Below, piece by piece: positions 39,142 to 50,484 of a stretch of 64,000 nucleotides of DNA. The notes under the pieces were generated by a model. The model searched no databases and had not been told where the DNA came from. It worked only from the letters and a program-made list of their open reading frames with translations. The stretch is from positions 1 to 64,000 of the IMG/VR virus record IMGVR_UViG_2619619259_000001; one strand, written 5' to 3'. Position 1 is the stretch's first letter, and every line of letters starts with the position of its first letter. A program made the position numbers and the translations under genes. The DNA is from a virus (taxonomy: Duplodnaviria > Caudoviricetes).

Positions 39142-42100
39142 GTGATTGTGGTGTCTGAAAAAAACACACAAGAAATAACGAGCAAGGCTGTAGAAACGCC
39201 TCTAACTGACAGGCTGAAAAGCAGCGCGATCACTTCTCTCGATGCCATCAAGATTATTGATACAATCGAAGCAGCGAGTCAGGAAGAACTCGCAGCACTA
39301 GCCAAGATCACTGCTGGCATTAGCGCTCTTTCAGACAAAAATATTAATGGGGGCAGCGCACAATCACAACCCAACGCTCCCACAAACAAGAATGCCGATG
39401 GGGACAGTGACGCAGACCTTGTTATTGATAGAAAACCACGATCTCGCATTGTTTCCTCGAAAGATAATAAACAGCATAACGAACGCCCCCCTTCAACTAA
39501 CGCTAAAAACAAAAGTGTAGAACCAAAACCTCAACAAAAAACATCTGACAGAACGAACGAAAAAGATAGCCAAAATGAAGACAATGAGCACAAAAAGCGC
39601 AAGCGCTATCGCATAGATCGTGATGCAAACGGAAATTCTCTTGATAGAAAAGATGAAAATTCTAATCCCGTTCGTGCTCGCAATGAAAAAGGGCAATTTT
39701 CATCAGCGGATAAATCGGCAGAAAACAGAGCCAAAGCCGACAGAAAACAGGAAGACCAAAAACGATTTGGGTTATTTGACAAAATTGGCGATCTCATTAG
39801 TAACGCTAGCGGCAAAGGTGGGGAAACTAATGCCACAGATGTCGCTGGTGTTGCGGCTGGTGGCTCATTCTGGAAAGCAGCTAAAGAAATTACAGACTTA
39901 ACAAAAACAGTCGCAGACTCGGCACAGCAAACATATGCCGGAATTAGGGGTGAACAAGGGGACAAGAAAAAGAATAAATCTAACAACCTCCTATCAAAAG
40001 CAAGGGGGTTATTTGGACTCGATCCAAAAACAAAAAAACAGCATCAAACACTGGCATTACATCCGTAAAAAAAATAACACCAAAGCCCCCTGTTATAGGG
40101 AGAGTTAACAACCAAGCGGTAAGCACAACAGACACGATAGAAGCCGCCAATAAAAATCAGGACAACAAGAAAGGCGGGTTGTTTAGAGGAAACCGCAAGC
40201 AAAAATCAGGTGGTTCATTAGATGTTGTTAACCGAAATATTCAAAAAACGGGCATTAAAAAAACACTAGAACAAACAAAAACCATCAAGGAAGGCCACCA
40301 GCAAATCATTGATCGGCTAGATAAATTGATTGATGAAAAAGGTAAGAATGGAGGCGGTGGTAGCGGCTTATTAGGCTTACTTGGTGCAGGATTGCTAGCT
40401 AAGTTGGGCAAAAAAATTGGAGCAAGACTTTTAGCCGCTATTTTATCAGGTCTTGGGCTTAAAAAGCTGGCTGCGCGTATAAGAGATCTATTCCGTTCAG
40501 CTGGTGGCGGCTTGGGCGGTGGAAGAGGACGGCGCAATAGGCGGGGACCATCAACAGGTGGAGCAGATGATCCAGGAAGCAGACGCAGAGGCAAAAGGAA
40601 AAAGAAGAGAAACAGGAGATCCAACAATTCAAGAAGGCGACCAAGAGCTAGACGTGGAAAGTGGGGGGCTATTCTTGGCACTGCTGGGATTTTAGGCGTA
40701 GGTACAGCTTATGCGTCCTCAAATAATGATGAAGACGACTATGATGACGACGACGATTACGATGAAGACGACGACCACGAAGATGGCCCAATCGAAAATG
40801 AGGATGATAAGAATAGTAGTAGCAATAACAGTATTAGTAATGGGCTAGTTGCTGGCAGTGTTGGTGTATCCGCAGCTAACGCGGTTCATCAAATGACATC
40901 TAGTGGTGCAGCCGCAGGAGTTAGTGCAGGATCCGCGACAGGGGCCTCTCTTGCTCAAAATGCTGGTGGCGCTGTAAACAAAAAAGTCACAGCGAAAATA
41001 GCCACAAAAGCTGTCGCAAAAGTGGGGTTAAGAGCTATCCCTATCATCGGTCAAGTCATAGGAGTCGGTATAGATACCTATGATGGACTCACAGATAAGG
41101 AGGCTCAACGCGATGCATTTAATTTATCTGATGATGAAGAGATAAAAGGCCGGCATAAAGCCGAGTATACCGCCGCAAATATTCTCGATATGGGGGGATT
41201 AGTCTCTGGTATTTCAGGTTTGCTCGCCTCTGGTGCGGCGGCGTTAGGTCTTGAGAAAACAGCGGCAGTTCTTACATTTGAAACGAGCGATATAGCACGG
41301 AGCATTGATAGTCAAGTTACTGTTTTAGGTAACATTGCAACTGCATTTGATCGCGTTTTTGGCATATCTCAAAAAACAAATAGCGCTATTAACTCAATAG
41401 ATAGCGCTCTTGGTATATCGAAGAAGATAGACAGTACCGTTGCCGGAGTTGGTAGTGCAATTAGTGGAATAGCGAAATTTCTTTCACTCAATGAAAAAGA
41501 GGCAGGCAAACAATTTAAAGCCTCCGAACGCAGAGATGAAAAAAATGCAATTGATACCATAGCGGCGATAAATCTTGGTGCTAAAACCACCGTGGATGCT
41601 ATTAACAGTATCGATATAAGTAGCGCCATTTCCGCAGTGAATGGGGCTGTTGCTCAAGTCGCACTTTCTGCATCAAATGCCCCTACAACAGACGACATTG
41701 ACCCCAATTTAAACATTGGCGGGAAAAATGCGAAAACTAGAAGCTTTAGGAATAACAATTTTGGCAACCTAAACTATATAGGCCAAGCAGGTGCGTCATT
41801 AGAAAATGCCAACTCAGAGGGTAAGCGTCGGTTCGCTAAATTTGAAACACCTGAAGAAGGCTTTCGCGCTCTAGGCAATCAGCTGATGCTGTATGCAACA
41901 GGGAAATCAAAGGCAGCTGGCTACAAAAAACTTGAGTCAATTGATAGCATTATTGATATTTACGCCCCACCATCGGAAAACAATACTGCAGCATATAAAG
42001 CTAATCTAGCCAAGCAACTTGGCGTATCTACGACAGACAGAATAGATATGTCAGACCCTAGGGTAATGACACGGATGATGCGTGCCATTGCAACAATCGA

Positions 42101-43499
42101 AGGGGGCAACCCACAGGTTACCGATCAGTTTATTGAGGGATCCATTGGTCAATACGATTTTTCCAGCAAAAAATGGCGCGGACAGTTTAGTGAAAAAACA
42201 CTATCGATCATAAATCAGAAGCGCGCAGCAAAAGGATTATCCGCCATATCCGCAGGCGATCAATACAGCATGCCAGAGATGGTGCAAGGCGGGCAAAAGT
42301 CGATTCAATCCACAAATAAGGTTCCCGCACAAACAACACCTGTAGCCCCGATAGCCACAGCATCAACAGCATCAACAGCATCAACAGCATCAACAGCATC
42401 AACAGCATCAACAGCATCAACAGCATCAACAGCAAATTCTACTAACGATAAAAAAGCAAAAGAAACGCCAAAAGAAAAATCAAAAGGGAAAAACGAGAAG
42501 AAAAAAGAAGAACAAAAACCAGACGACATCAAGGCAGCAACCGCAGCAACCGCAGCAACCGCAGCAACCGCAGCAACCGCAGCAACCGCAGCCAATTTAC
42601 CAAAGCAAACCGAAACTAAAAGCAAAAAACAAGACATCGCCCAAAAAGCAACACAAGGAATTTCTGGAGTACTCGGTACCGCCGTCAATATTACACAAGA
42701 ACATTTATCCAACATCGAAGGGATGCGTCGCCCTAACTCTGAGAAGAAAAGTCCCGACAAACCCTCTCAAACTCAAGTAAAAACCGAAGCTGCACAATCA
42801 ACAGAAAAACCGAATGAACAGCCTCAATCTGCAGAAAAAGACAAAGAGAACAAAGAAAAACAGGAAGAGAAAACCCAAGAAGCACAACAAGTAACAGCGC
42901 ATGAAAATAGCAATGGGGGGACGTCTTACAGAGCAGCTAAGCTTCCAGGGGAGGGGAATGAGACAATTAAAACGCTCATGTCTGCTGTTGGAGCGGATCG
43001 ACTAGCTAGCGCAGAAGGTATGCGTCGAGCCACATCTCAAGGACCAAACCTACTAGAACGGATTAAATCTGGAAATACGGGGATAAAAACACAACAAAAG
43101 ACCAAGGCGGAAGAAAGCAAAGGGGAAAATAAAAGCAGTACAAGTACAACAGAGAATAACACTACAGAGAAGTCGCCTAAACCCACAGCGGCAACTCAGG
43201 AAAAATCTGTTGCCACCGGAGGGATTAGCCAGTTACGCAGTACTGCTCCATCGGTTAGTGACCTAGCAGGCAGTCAGATCAGACCTATTGTAGAGTTACT
43301 TTCCAAATCAACGGACACAAAAGCCATCGTTGATGGGCTGGATGCTATATTCAAAATCCTTGATAAAACATACAAAGACAAAGATCGTTCGGCTGATGCT
43401 CCAAATCAAACAACTCAATCGCCACAGCCAGAACCTAGGTCAACAATACCACTATCGTTCAATGATGAAACAATGAATAGCCTAGCAAACGATAATTGA
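39142..43499 (+). CDS. sit: Sit tape measure protein with lytic-transglycosylase-like domain, split by a -1 shift near 40032-40038
   Basis: Two ORFs (39142-40068, 40179-43499) joinable at an A7 run; RNNNFGNL..FETPEEG..YAP.SENNT domain. Confidence 0.8.
42357..42434 (+). repeat. (ACAGCATCA)x8 in-frame repeat in sit
   Basis: Perfect 9-bp tandem encoding TAS. Confidence 0.9.
42534..42592 (+). repeat. (GCAGCAACC)x6 in-frame repeat in sit
   Basis: Perfect 9-bp tandem encoding AAT. Confidence 0.9.
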
Positions 43500-43861
43500 G
43501 AATAATGATGAATGAAATTGACAGCTTAATGCGTGTTGGATCGGACGGTGTTAATACTCATAGTGGTAACGCACTATCTCTATCATCGCGCTTAGATGAG
43601 TGGCTAGAAACGCCGGAAGGCTCAATCTATGGCTTACCTGGCTGGGGAAATAACTTGGCTCGATTTAAACACGAACCAACTAACGTCTTTACTGAAGTGG
43701 CTATAGAGAACTCAGTAATCACCAAACTTCGAATTGATATCCCTGAACTAAAACTAATTGGCATTAGATGCCAAGAGCTAAGCGTAGACATCTATAAAGT
43801 GGACTTTTTGGTTCCAGAAGGGATTATATCGAAGAGTTTAATAAAAGAATCAATTAAATGA
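43496..43861 (+). CDS. pmgA: PmgA-like baseplate wedge protein (T4 gp25-like)
   Basis: EWL.TP.G..YG.P.WG motif after sit. Confidence 0.8.
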   Translation: MRIMMNEIDSLMRVGSDGVNTHSGNALSLSSRLDEWLETPEGSIYGLPGWGNNLARFKHEPTNVFTEVAIENSVITKLRIDIPELKLIGIRCQELSVDIYKVDFLVPEGIISKSLIKESIK

Positions 43862-43915
43862 GTAAATGAGTAAATGAGTAAATGAGTAAATGAGTAAATG
43901 AGTGAATGAGTGAAT
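43856..43915. repeat. 8-bp tandem array (AAATGAGT)x7
   Basis: Seven GAGT (=ACTC) boxes with 4-bp AT-rich spacers. Confidence 0.85.
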
Positions 43916-44401
43916 TATAATATAAGGATCTGTATGAAAAAAATAATTTTTGTTTTTATAACGCTGTTCTTTTCCTGTTTGTCATCGGCAGCTAATGTAA
44001 TGCCCGCCGATAGAACTATAGCGAATCAAGTTGGACAGTTGGTTGACCAATCCGTCTCAGAAAAAATGCAACAATGCCTAGGTGCAGGAGAACTATCGAG
44101 TAATGGTTGTATGGCGTATGGTTCAAACGCCTACGCAAACGCATTTTCAAGGGCGGGATACAGTTATCGAGACACCATAGTGAAGGCGGCAACAGATGCT
44201 AACTTCATGGTTAACTATAATGCATTACGTATTGACGCATTTTTTATGCCGACAATCGCCGCGCTTAAAAGTGAAGACGGAACTAATCTTCTAGTGAAGT
44301 TAAAGGTCATAAAAAATAGCGATATTGAAACAATAAGGAAGGGTTTTTCGGTTAGAAATAGCAACCATTCAGGGCAAGGCATTGAGGGGATGCGTCGTTA
44401 A
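43910..44401 (+). CDS. Hypothetical secreted protein (start likely ATG 43934)
   Basis: MKKIIFVF...SSA signal peptide. Confidence 0.7.
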   Translation: MNYNIRICMKKIIFVFITLFFSCLSSAANVMPADRTIANQVGQLVDQSVSEKMQQCLGAGELSSNGCMAYGSNAYANAFSRAGYSYRDTIVKAATDANFMVNYNALRIDAFFMPTIAALKSEDGTNLLVKLKVIKNSDIETIRKGFSVRNSNHSGQGIEGMRR

Positions 44402-44450
44402 ATCCAAAAATGGCCACTCAATTAGTGGCCATTGTACTTATACCCAACAA

Positions 44451-44864
44451 TTACTCTGAGTCGTCATTATTATAGTCATATAATTCTCTAATAATGACTT
44501 TAGCATCAATCGCTACCTGTCTGATATCATCAATATTTTGCATATCGGCTATTTCATCTAAAACAGAATCTAGTCGAGAAATAGCTTCATTAATAAGTTC
44601 CGCATCGGCCTCTTTATCAATATCAGACTCATAACACATATCAATGCTAGGTAATGCATAGTCAACCCCTACTTCATCCAGTAAAGAGCGAATATCTTCT
44701 TCTAGCTCATTTTGGCTAACACCGGATAAAATTGATATATGTTGGCTCATGGTTGGTATACAACTAGGGTCATCGTAACTAACGCCGACTTTCTTCATTG
44801 CAATATCTAACGCATAGGCAAGTCTTGACCGATGAATAGAGGAAGTAGAGGTGTTGGTAGGCAT
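44451..44864 (-). CDS. Hypothetical protein under C4 module 2
   Basis: GGAG SD overlapped by the antisense target; start MPTNT. Confidence 0.7.
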   Translation of the reverse strand: MPTNTSTSSIHRSRLAYALDIAMKKVGVSYDDPSCIPTMSQHISILSGVSQNELEEDIRSLLDEVGVDYALPSIDMCYESDIDKEADAELINEAISRLDSVLDEIADMQNIDDIRQVAIDAKVIIRELYDYNNDDSE

Positions 44865-44922
44865 GTGATATTTATCTCCGATAAGTTGCATTCAGCCACC
44901 ACAGAGTTGTCACACTGCTGGT

Positions 44923-44999
44923 GGTAGCCCAGACGGGGGTGACAAACCGGCCTTATCGGACACCGGCCAACCTTACGGTTGCCCCACCTGAGCCACCAT
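44923..44999 (-). ncRNA. C4-type antisense RNA, copy 2
   Basis: Closing stem GGTGGCTCAGGTGGGG/CCCCGTCTGGGCTACC; UCCGAUAAG pairs with the SD site 44877-44885; UUGUCAC pairs with sites 44907-44913 and 45065-45071. Confidence 0.85.
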
Positions 45000-45240
45000 T
45001 GAGATGAGCGCAGTATTTGGCATGCGATTAAGTTAATCCTCGTATGCCTCGATAGGTTTCCCGGTTGTCACGCCAGGCTACAAATTTAGTTGTAGCGCCC
45101 AGACGATAGACATGAATGCATTTTTGGTCAATGTTTATTTTCCTATTCATATTAATACGACATATATGCTAACGTCATTAAAAACTAACCAAATGTTTAA
45201 TTTTAATCATTAACCAACAAAAAATGAGAGAACATCGAAA

Positions 45241-46650
45241 ATGAACCAGAGTCAGATTCAATCAGAATTTGAAGATCTCATAAAAAATAATCCGTGGTGG
45301 TCACGGTTCGTTGGTTCGCAGTTTATACGAATGTTTATCGTGTTTATTGCACAAATGGTATATAGATGCATGCAATATGCATCGCGGTCGTTGCAAGAGG
45401 GTTTCATCAGCACTGCCAGCAAAAGATCATCAATTCTGGCTGCAGCGGAAGATCGCGGATATGTAGGTCGGCGCATATCGCCATCGACAGGTATCGCTAT
45501 ACTAAAAAATCTTTCTGAGCGCGAGTTACAGCTCCCAATCTATACAAAGTTGCTATCTGATGATCAGCATCCATATATGATCATGGATGCTATAGAGGTG
45601 CCTATTAATGAATCAAAAATCGTCGTAATCTCACAATTAGAAAAAATAACCATTACAAAAACAGTCACAAAAGAAGAAGAGTTTTTATCCGTAATTATTC
45701 CTATCGACATATCAGCCCTATGTCATCAACTCGATGTTTACGTCACGATTGATGGGATAAAAACTCAATGGAAAGAAACCCCTCAATTTCGATTAGCCAA
45801 AAACACCACTAAAGCCTACGTCCAATTTTATAAACCTACAGAACAGATAGGTATTAGATTTGGAGATGGTTCCATAGGAATGATTCCCCCCGTTGATAGC
45901 ATAATAACAATAGATGTTTGGTGTACCAGTGGAGATATTACCCTCGTTGATGGACAAAATCTCATCCCTATAGATGAATTTGATTATCTAGCAAATAGTT
46001 TATCCATCATTACTAATGGACCAATAACTGGTGGCGCATCCGCCGAAACCACTGAGGAAACACGAAATCGAGCGCAATATTCTGTTGCGTATGACCATCA
46101 AGTTGTATGGGGTGGGGACTATACATATTTCCTGAGATCAAACATCGGTGGCATTACATGGTTGAAAGTTTGGGGGGAAAAGCAACAGGAAGAGGCTACG
46201 GGGAAAAAAGACCTAGCTAATATTAATAATATATTTATCAGTGGTCACAAACCAACAAAAACTCAAGAGGAATTTGAGTCAGAGATAAGGGGCGTTTTGC
46301 ACTCAATACCCAATGATCTTAATAAAACATATACATATGTAAAAACAAATGAAAAACCATTCACGATAGAGATAACAGGAGTCGTGTCAGCCAGTCTTGT
46401 AATATCCGACGTTATAGTAAATATAAAAAAAGCATTAGAAATTCAGTTTGCTCGCGACTCAGAACGATTTGATAAAGATAAAGTGGGGAACTATCAAACA
46501 ATCAAACTAAACGAACTATGGGCATTTGTTGATGAAATGAAACTGATCCCTGACTTCGATTTGGTCGCACATAATATGAGCAAATCAAACGGACTTAATG
46601 ATTTTGTCTATTTAGATGTCGAGAACTCTGTTTTTAACCTGCACTATTGA
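45241..46650 (+). CDS. bplA: BplA baseplate wedge protein
   Basis: A..RSSILA.A...GY, FGDG..G..P, ITGG...E. Confidence 0.85.
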   Translation: MNQSQIQSEFEDLIKNNPWWSRFVGSQFIRMFIVFIAQMVYRCMQYASRSLQEGFISTASKRSSILAAAEDRGYVGRRISPSTGIAILKNLSERELQLPIYTKLLSDDQHPYMIMDAIEVPINESKIVVISQLEKITITKTVTKEEEFLSVIIPIDISALCHQLDVYVTIDGIKTQWKETPQFRLAKNTTKAYVQFYKPTEQIGIRFGDGSIGMIPPVDSIITIDVWCTSGDITLVDGQNLIPIDEFDYLANSLSIITNGPITGGASAETTEETRNRAQYSVAYDHQVVWGGDYTYFLRSNIGGITWLKVWGEKQQEEATGKKDLANINNIFISGHKPTKTQEEFESEIRGVLHSIPNDLNKTYTYVKTNEKPFTIEITGVVSASLVISDVIVNIKKALEIQFARDSERFDKDKVGNYQTIKLNELWAFVDEMKLIPDFDLVAHNMSKSNGLNDFVYLDVENSVFNLHY

Positions 46651-46660
46651 TGAGTAAATA

Positions 46661-48115
46661 ATGGAAAAAAACTGGTTCAAAGAACGGCTAATTTCAGCAA
46701 AAAAAACATCGCCTTTATGGACAGAACTAGCAGATTCTATTGAGTCCATGATACGCAATAGGGTTGAGCCTCTACTAGAGCGAATATCAAATAGAAAATC
46801 TATATTTACATTATCGGATGAAGATATCGATGTTCGAATAGAAGAACTGGGGCGCTTTTTTACTATTAGAACAAGCGACAGTAAGAGTAAAAAAATCCTT
46901 CTATCCCAACGATTAGATGAAATTCATTTCAAGGGAACAGATAGACCTATTGTTTCTACATTTTGGAGAGAATTTAAAAACTTACCTGTTAGTTGGGAGC
47001 CTCTTTATGCCCCTATAGATCAAAATAAATACCCATATGGCTCAATCTTTATGAATGAGTCAGGGATGCAGGAGGCTAAAATTCAGTATGGGGAATTCTT
47101 CCTTACATCTAGAGGGGTCATCAACGTATCCCTGAATGACCTAATTGATGCATTCGGTACAACAGATCAAGCAACGTTAACTGATAGCCTAATAGAGAAA
47201 TTTGATCAAATCATCAAGCCTCTACTCCCATTGCATATTGTTTTTAATGGGGTAACACTATACCTAACTTTCTCAGCGAGAGAGAAGGATGAGGTTTTTA
47301 CTTTAGATAAAATAATTACTTTTTTACCCATCAATGACCCAGTTCTCGAACGTCACGACAGGCTCACTCAAGGCCGACATGAGATAACTAGTTATCATCA
47401 GGTATCTCCAGCACCCGATACTCATCTAATGTCAGGAATACGATTAGATGATCAACCAGCCGACAGTTGGATTTTAGATTACTCAACATCACCATGTTTT
47501 GCAGCCACAAACCAAACATTCGCAACGGACGTCTATAGGCCTGATACGGTCCATTCCAAGGCAATAGAAATGAATGACCGCCATATGGTAATGGACCTCA
47601 GTGATAATGCCATAGTGTCAAAACTAAATGTTGTTTATACATTAGATGTTAGCCCTGGGATAACTACCGATTATGGACCTCTTATGCGGTTTGATGATAT
47701 GCCTGCAGATTCATGGACTCAGGATTACGACGACAGGGCAAAATTTAGGGGGCTGGAACAATACCAAATCATTGATACATACGAAAAAAACCATCCAACC
47801 ATTTCATTAATAGAATCATCTATTCAAAGAGACATTACTGACCAGCCAAGAGAAGCGATAATTATTGAAAAAATAGACTTCACTAAAGAGAAAATTATCC
47901 ATTTAAAAGAGTCATTGTCTGAACCTCAGTTTTCATATACTAACGAAAAATTTATTTTTAAATCACCAATAATTGCTGAGAAAAATGAATCTATAGCGAT
48001 GGGGTTATTCAGTGAAATAGGAGTGTCACTAGTACATCGACTCCCGGAAGGGGATTTTGTACCTCGCTTTGACTGCTATTCATTGGATTTCATTATCGAT
48101 ATAGATAAGTCTTAA
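46661..48115 (+). CDS. gp16-like baseplate protein with extended repeated C-terminus
   Basis: QRLDEIHFKGT, W.PLYAP, FLTSRG, PLHIVF.G. Confidence 0.8.
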   Translation: MEKNWFKERLISAKKTSPLWTELADSIESMIRNRVEPLLERISNRKSIFTLSDEDIDVRIEELGRFFTIRTSDSKSKKILLSQRLDEIHFKGTDRPIVSTFWREFKNLPVSWEPLYAPIDQNKYPYGSIFMNESGMQEAKIQYGEFFLTSRGVINVSLNDLIDAFGTTDQATLTDSLIEKFDQIIKPLLPLHIVFNGVTLYLTFSAREKDEVFTLDKIITFLPINDPVLERHDRLTQGRHEITSYHQVSPAPDTHLMSGIRLDDQPADSWILDYSTSPCFAATNQTFATDVYRPDTVHSKAIEMNDRHMVMDLSDNAIVSKLNVVYTLDVSPGITTDYGPLMRFDDMPADSWTQDYDDRAKFRGLEQYQIIDTYEKNHPTISLIESSIQRDITDQPREAIIIEKIDFTKEKIIHLKESLSEPQFSYTNEKFIFKSPIIAEKNESIAMGLFSEIGVSLVHRLPEGDFVPRFDCYSLDFIIDIDKS

Positions 48116-48118
48116 TTT

Positions 48119-48583
48119 ATGAGGTTAGAAATGACAACACTTAGAGCCAACACGACAGAAAACAGTAAGTTATACAAAGCTCAGATCCTTGACTCTTATT
48201 ACGAGCGCCGAGCAACATCATCTATCGGGGTTGGAGTCAGGTTTGAATTGAAAAAAGGATTTTTTGGAACGTCTTCATTAGTGACTTCCAACCCTACAGG
48301 TGGTTGGGATATAGCAGATATACCAACCAATTTCAAAAATGGAGATCTAATCGGAAAATTTGCTGAATGCGACCTAATTCTTCATTACAACGATGGGGTT
48401 ATTACTGTCAGAGCTGAGTTGCAAGATAGTTCACTACCTGAAGGCGTCCCTTACAACTTTAATACGCTAACTATCATGGATGCCGAAAATAATGTTGTGA
48501 CCGTTTTATGCTGCCAACAAGACACTCTATACAAAGGCAAAAACTTTGCAGCAATCCTCTCTATAGAAACGAAGGTCGCGTAA
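48119..48583 (+). CDS. gpR-like tail fibre-associated protein
   Basis: LYK.Q.LD.YY.RRA; synteny 16-R-S. Confidence 0.75.
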   Translation: MRLEMTTLRANTTENSKLYKAQILDSYYERRATSSIGVGVRFELKKGFFGTSSLVTSNPTGGWDIADIPTNFKNGDLIGKFAECDLILHYNDGVITVRAELQDSSLPEGVPYNFNTLTIMDAENNVVTVLCCQQDTLYKGKNFAAILSIETKVA

Positions 48584-48587
48584 TAAT

Positions 48588-49697
48588 ATGGGAAATAAAA
48601 ACCAAATAGTTGCAGCCTCAGTGAATACATTTCCAAGCACTGACACGCTGCCATTAGTTGCTGACGTGCAATACAGAGAACCATTCACTTCTGGAGCGCT
48701 GAATCGAAAATTAAAAGGCATATTGCAGCCTGGCATATATAGCGGTTTTACCCCCACCCTCCCCGGGGGGATGGTTCTAAGAATTGAGTCAGAACAAACT
48801 GAAGGTTCAGCGTCCGTCGACATTGGTCCATACCAGATAAGCATTCGCCAACAAAGTGCTATAGATTTAACACTAGCTGCTGGAACTACTAACTTGGTGG
48901 TTCTTGAAGCTAATTACGCTCTTGGACAGGAAACCTATCAAGTTAACTCAAGTTCAAGCGTTCAAGCTGCCCAAATTAAAATAGCTGATAACAATGGATT
49001 AATGCATAACCAAATAGAACTATGCAAAGTCACAGTTCCAGCCGGTGTGACCGAACTAAATGGTTCTATGGTGGATATAACAGGGCGAATAAATAAAGCT
49101 ATTGGTATAAGCCTTAGTTCATCATTTGATAGTTCAAATGAAAATATTGCTGCTAACTCTAATGCTGTAAAATTAGGGTTAGAAAGCATCATAGGTTCTG
49201 CACCTATTGACATGAATACATTAGAAAAGATAACTAAGGCTCTAGGTAATGACCCAGAGTTTATAACAAACATAACCAAAGAATTAGCCGATAAATTATC
49301 CAAGTCAGAAAATGGTAACGATATTCCAAACAAAGACCTCTTTAGGAAAAACATTGGGTTAGGTGAAGCGGCAAAACTAGATGCTCCAACATTATTCACA
49401 AACGATAATGGATATGTCTCTTTTCCTCTATCTGGTCAATCGCTCATCATCCAATGGCGAGCAGTTCCCATTCTTCAAAACACAGGAGGAAATATGGCCT
49501 CCGTGATTGCAGTATGGCCTATCGCATTCCCGACAGCATGCCTAACTATTCTTCAGGCGTTAACTTATTCGATGGATTATTCGGGAAGTAGTTTTCCCCA
49601 TTCCAGTGCCAGAATCTTAAATAACAGTCAATTTCAGGTGGCATCAGGTTACAGAGCATCTAAATCAACGGTCATTGTGTGGGGGATTGGATATTAA
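48588..49697 (+). CDS. Short tail fibre protein S
   Basis: P1 Sc-like N-terminus (ADVQY.EP..S.ALNRK), AP..LNTL..I..ALGNDP.F, C-terminal GY...P..LIIQW...WPIAFP..C..IGY. Confidence 0.88.
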   Translation: MGNKNQIVAASVNTFPSTDTLPLVADVQYREPFTSGALNRKLKGILQPGIYSGFTPTLPGGMVLRIESEQTEGSASVDIGPYQISIRQQSAIDLTLAAGTTNLVVLEANYALGQETYQVNSSSSVQAAQIKIADNNGLMHNQIELCKVTVPAGVTELNGSMVDITGRINKAIGISLSSSFDSSNENIAANSNAVKLGLESIIGSAPIDMNTLEKITKALGNDPEFITNITKELADKLSKSENGNDIPNKDLFRKNIGLGEAAKLDAPTLFTNDNGYVSFPLSGQSLIIQWRAVPILQNTGGNMASVIAVWPIAFPTACLTILQALTYSMDYSGSSFPHSSARILNNSQFQVASGYRASKSTVIVWGIGY

Positions 49698-49736
49698 AAA
49701 ATCCCCTCTCCTAGAGTAGAAAAAGGGGAGGGGAGA

Positions 49737-50222
49737 TTAATTATTTGGCCATGTAGGATACACATATCCGTTATTGGCAGCTTCAATGAGAATCCAGAGA
49801 GGGATGTCAGGTAATGGAATTAAAGGCCAACCTTCTTTTTCTGTCCATAATCTAAACTCTTGTCTAATATTTTTAAGTTCTATCGTCTCTTCGTCTGTTA
49901 GCAACTCATTATTTATAGAGTAATCAGAAACCATTAATTTATCTGTTGATATCAAAAAATTATCTCGATGGCTACGGGCTGCACGGGAAATTTCATTCTT
50001 ACTAGGGGCCGTTTCAACCACATCAATCCAACATGGATAACCAGATGAATCACTTCCGAGAACCTTCCCATTAGGTGGTACATTGCATGCAAATGTTTTG
50101 AATATATCTTCCGACACTTCGATTCCATCAGATGGCCACGTGCCACTGTCAATGTATAACTGTCTTATTGATAGCGGATAGAACGTATTCCCTGATGGGC
50201 TAAATGCATATTCTAATTTCAT
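49737..50222 (-). CDS. Tail fibre assembly chaperone (gpU/Tfa-like), inverted orientation
   Basis: FSPS.N.FY, G.WP.D..EV, PP.GK..G.D..G.P.W. Confidence 0.8.
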   Translation of the reverse strand: MKLEYAFSPSGNTFYPLSIRQLYIDSGTWPSDGIEVSEDIFKTFACNVPPNGKVLGSDSSGYPCWIDVVETAPSKNEISRAARSHRDNFLISTDKLMVSDYSINNELLTDEETIELKNIRQEFRLWTEKEGWPLIPLPDIPLWILIEAANNGYVYPTWPNN

Positions 50223-50484
50223 TTACTAATCCCTGACATTAAATTGTATTTCTAAGTTAGCAAAAGTGAACAGCAAATTAAAAACCTGATCTTGATTTAG
50301 GGTGCGTAACAGCAAGATTAAGGTAGTGTTGGAAGGATCTCTCCAGCACTCACCAAATCAGAAAAAAAACAAGCAAGACGATTGCTTTCTAACTGTTATC
50401 TACAAACATTCTCCAGTTTGCCTCATAAACCAAACAACACTTTTGCTACTATCCCGCTAATCAATAATAAAACAGGGGGTATAC

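Noticed and set aside
50446-50464. Partial complementarity of the lydA upstream region to 8976-8993
   Set aside because: Several mismatches, and it overlaps a probable -10 box that would not be transcribed
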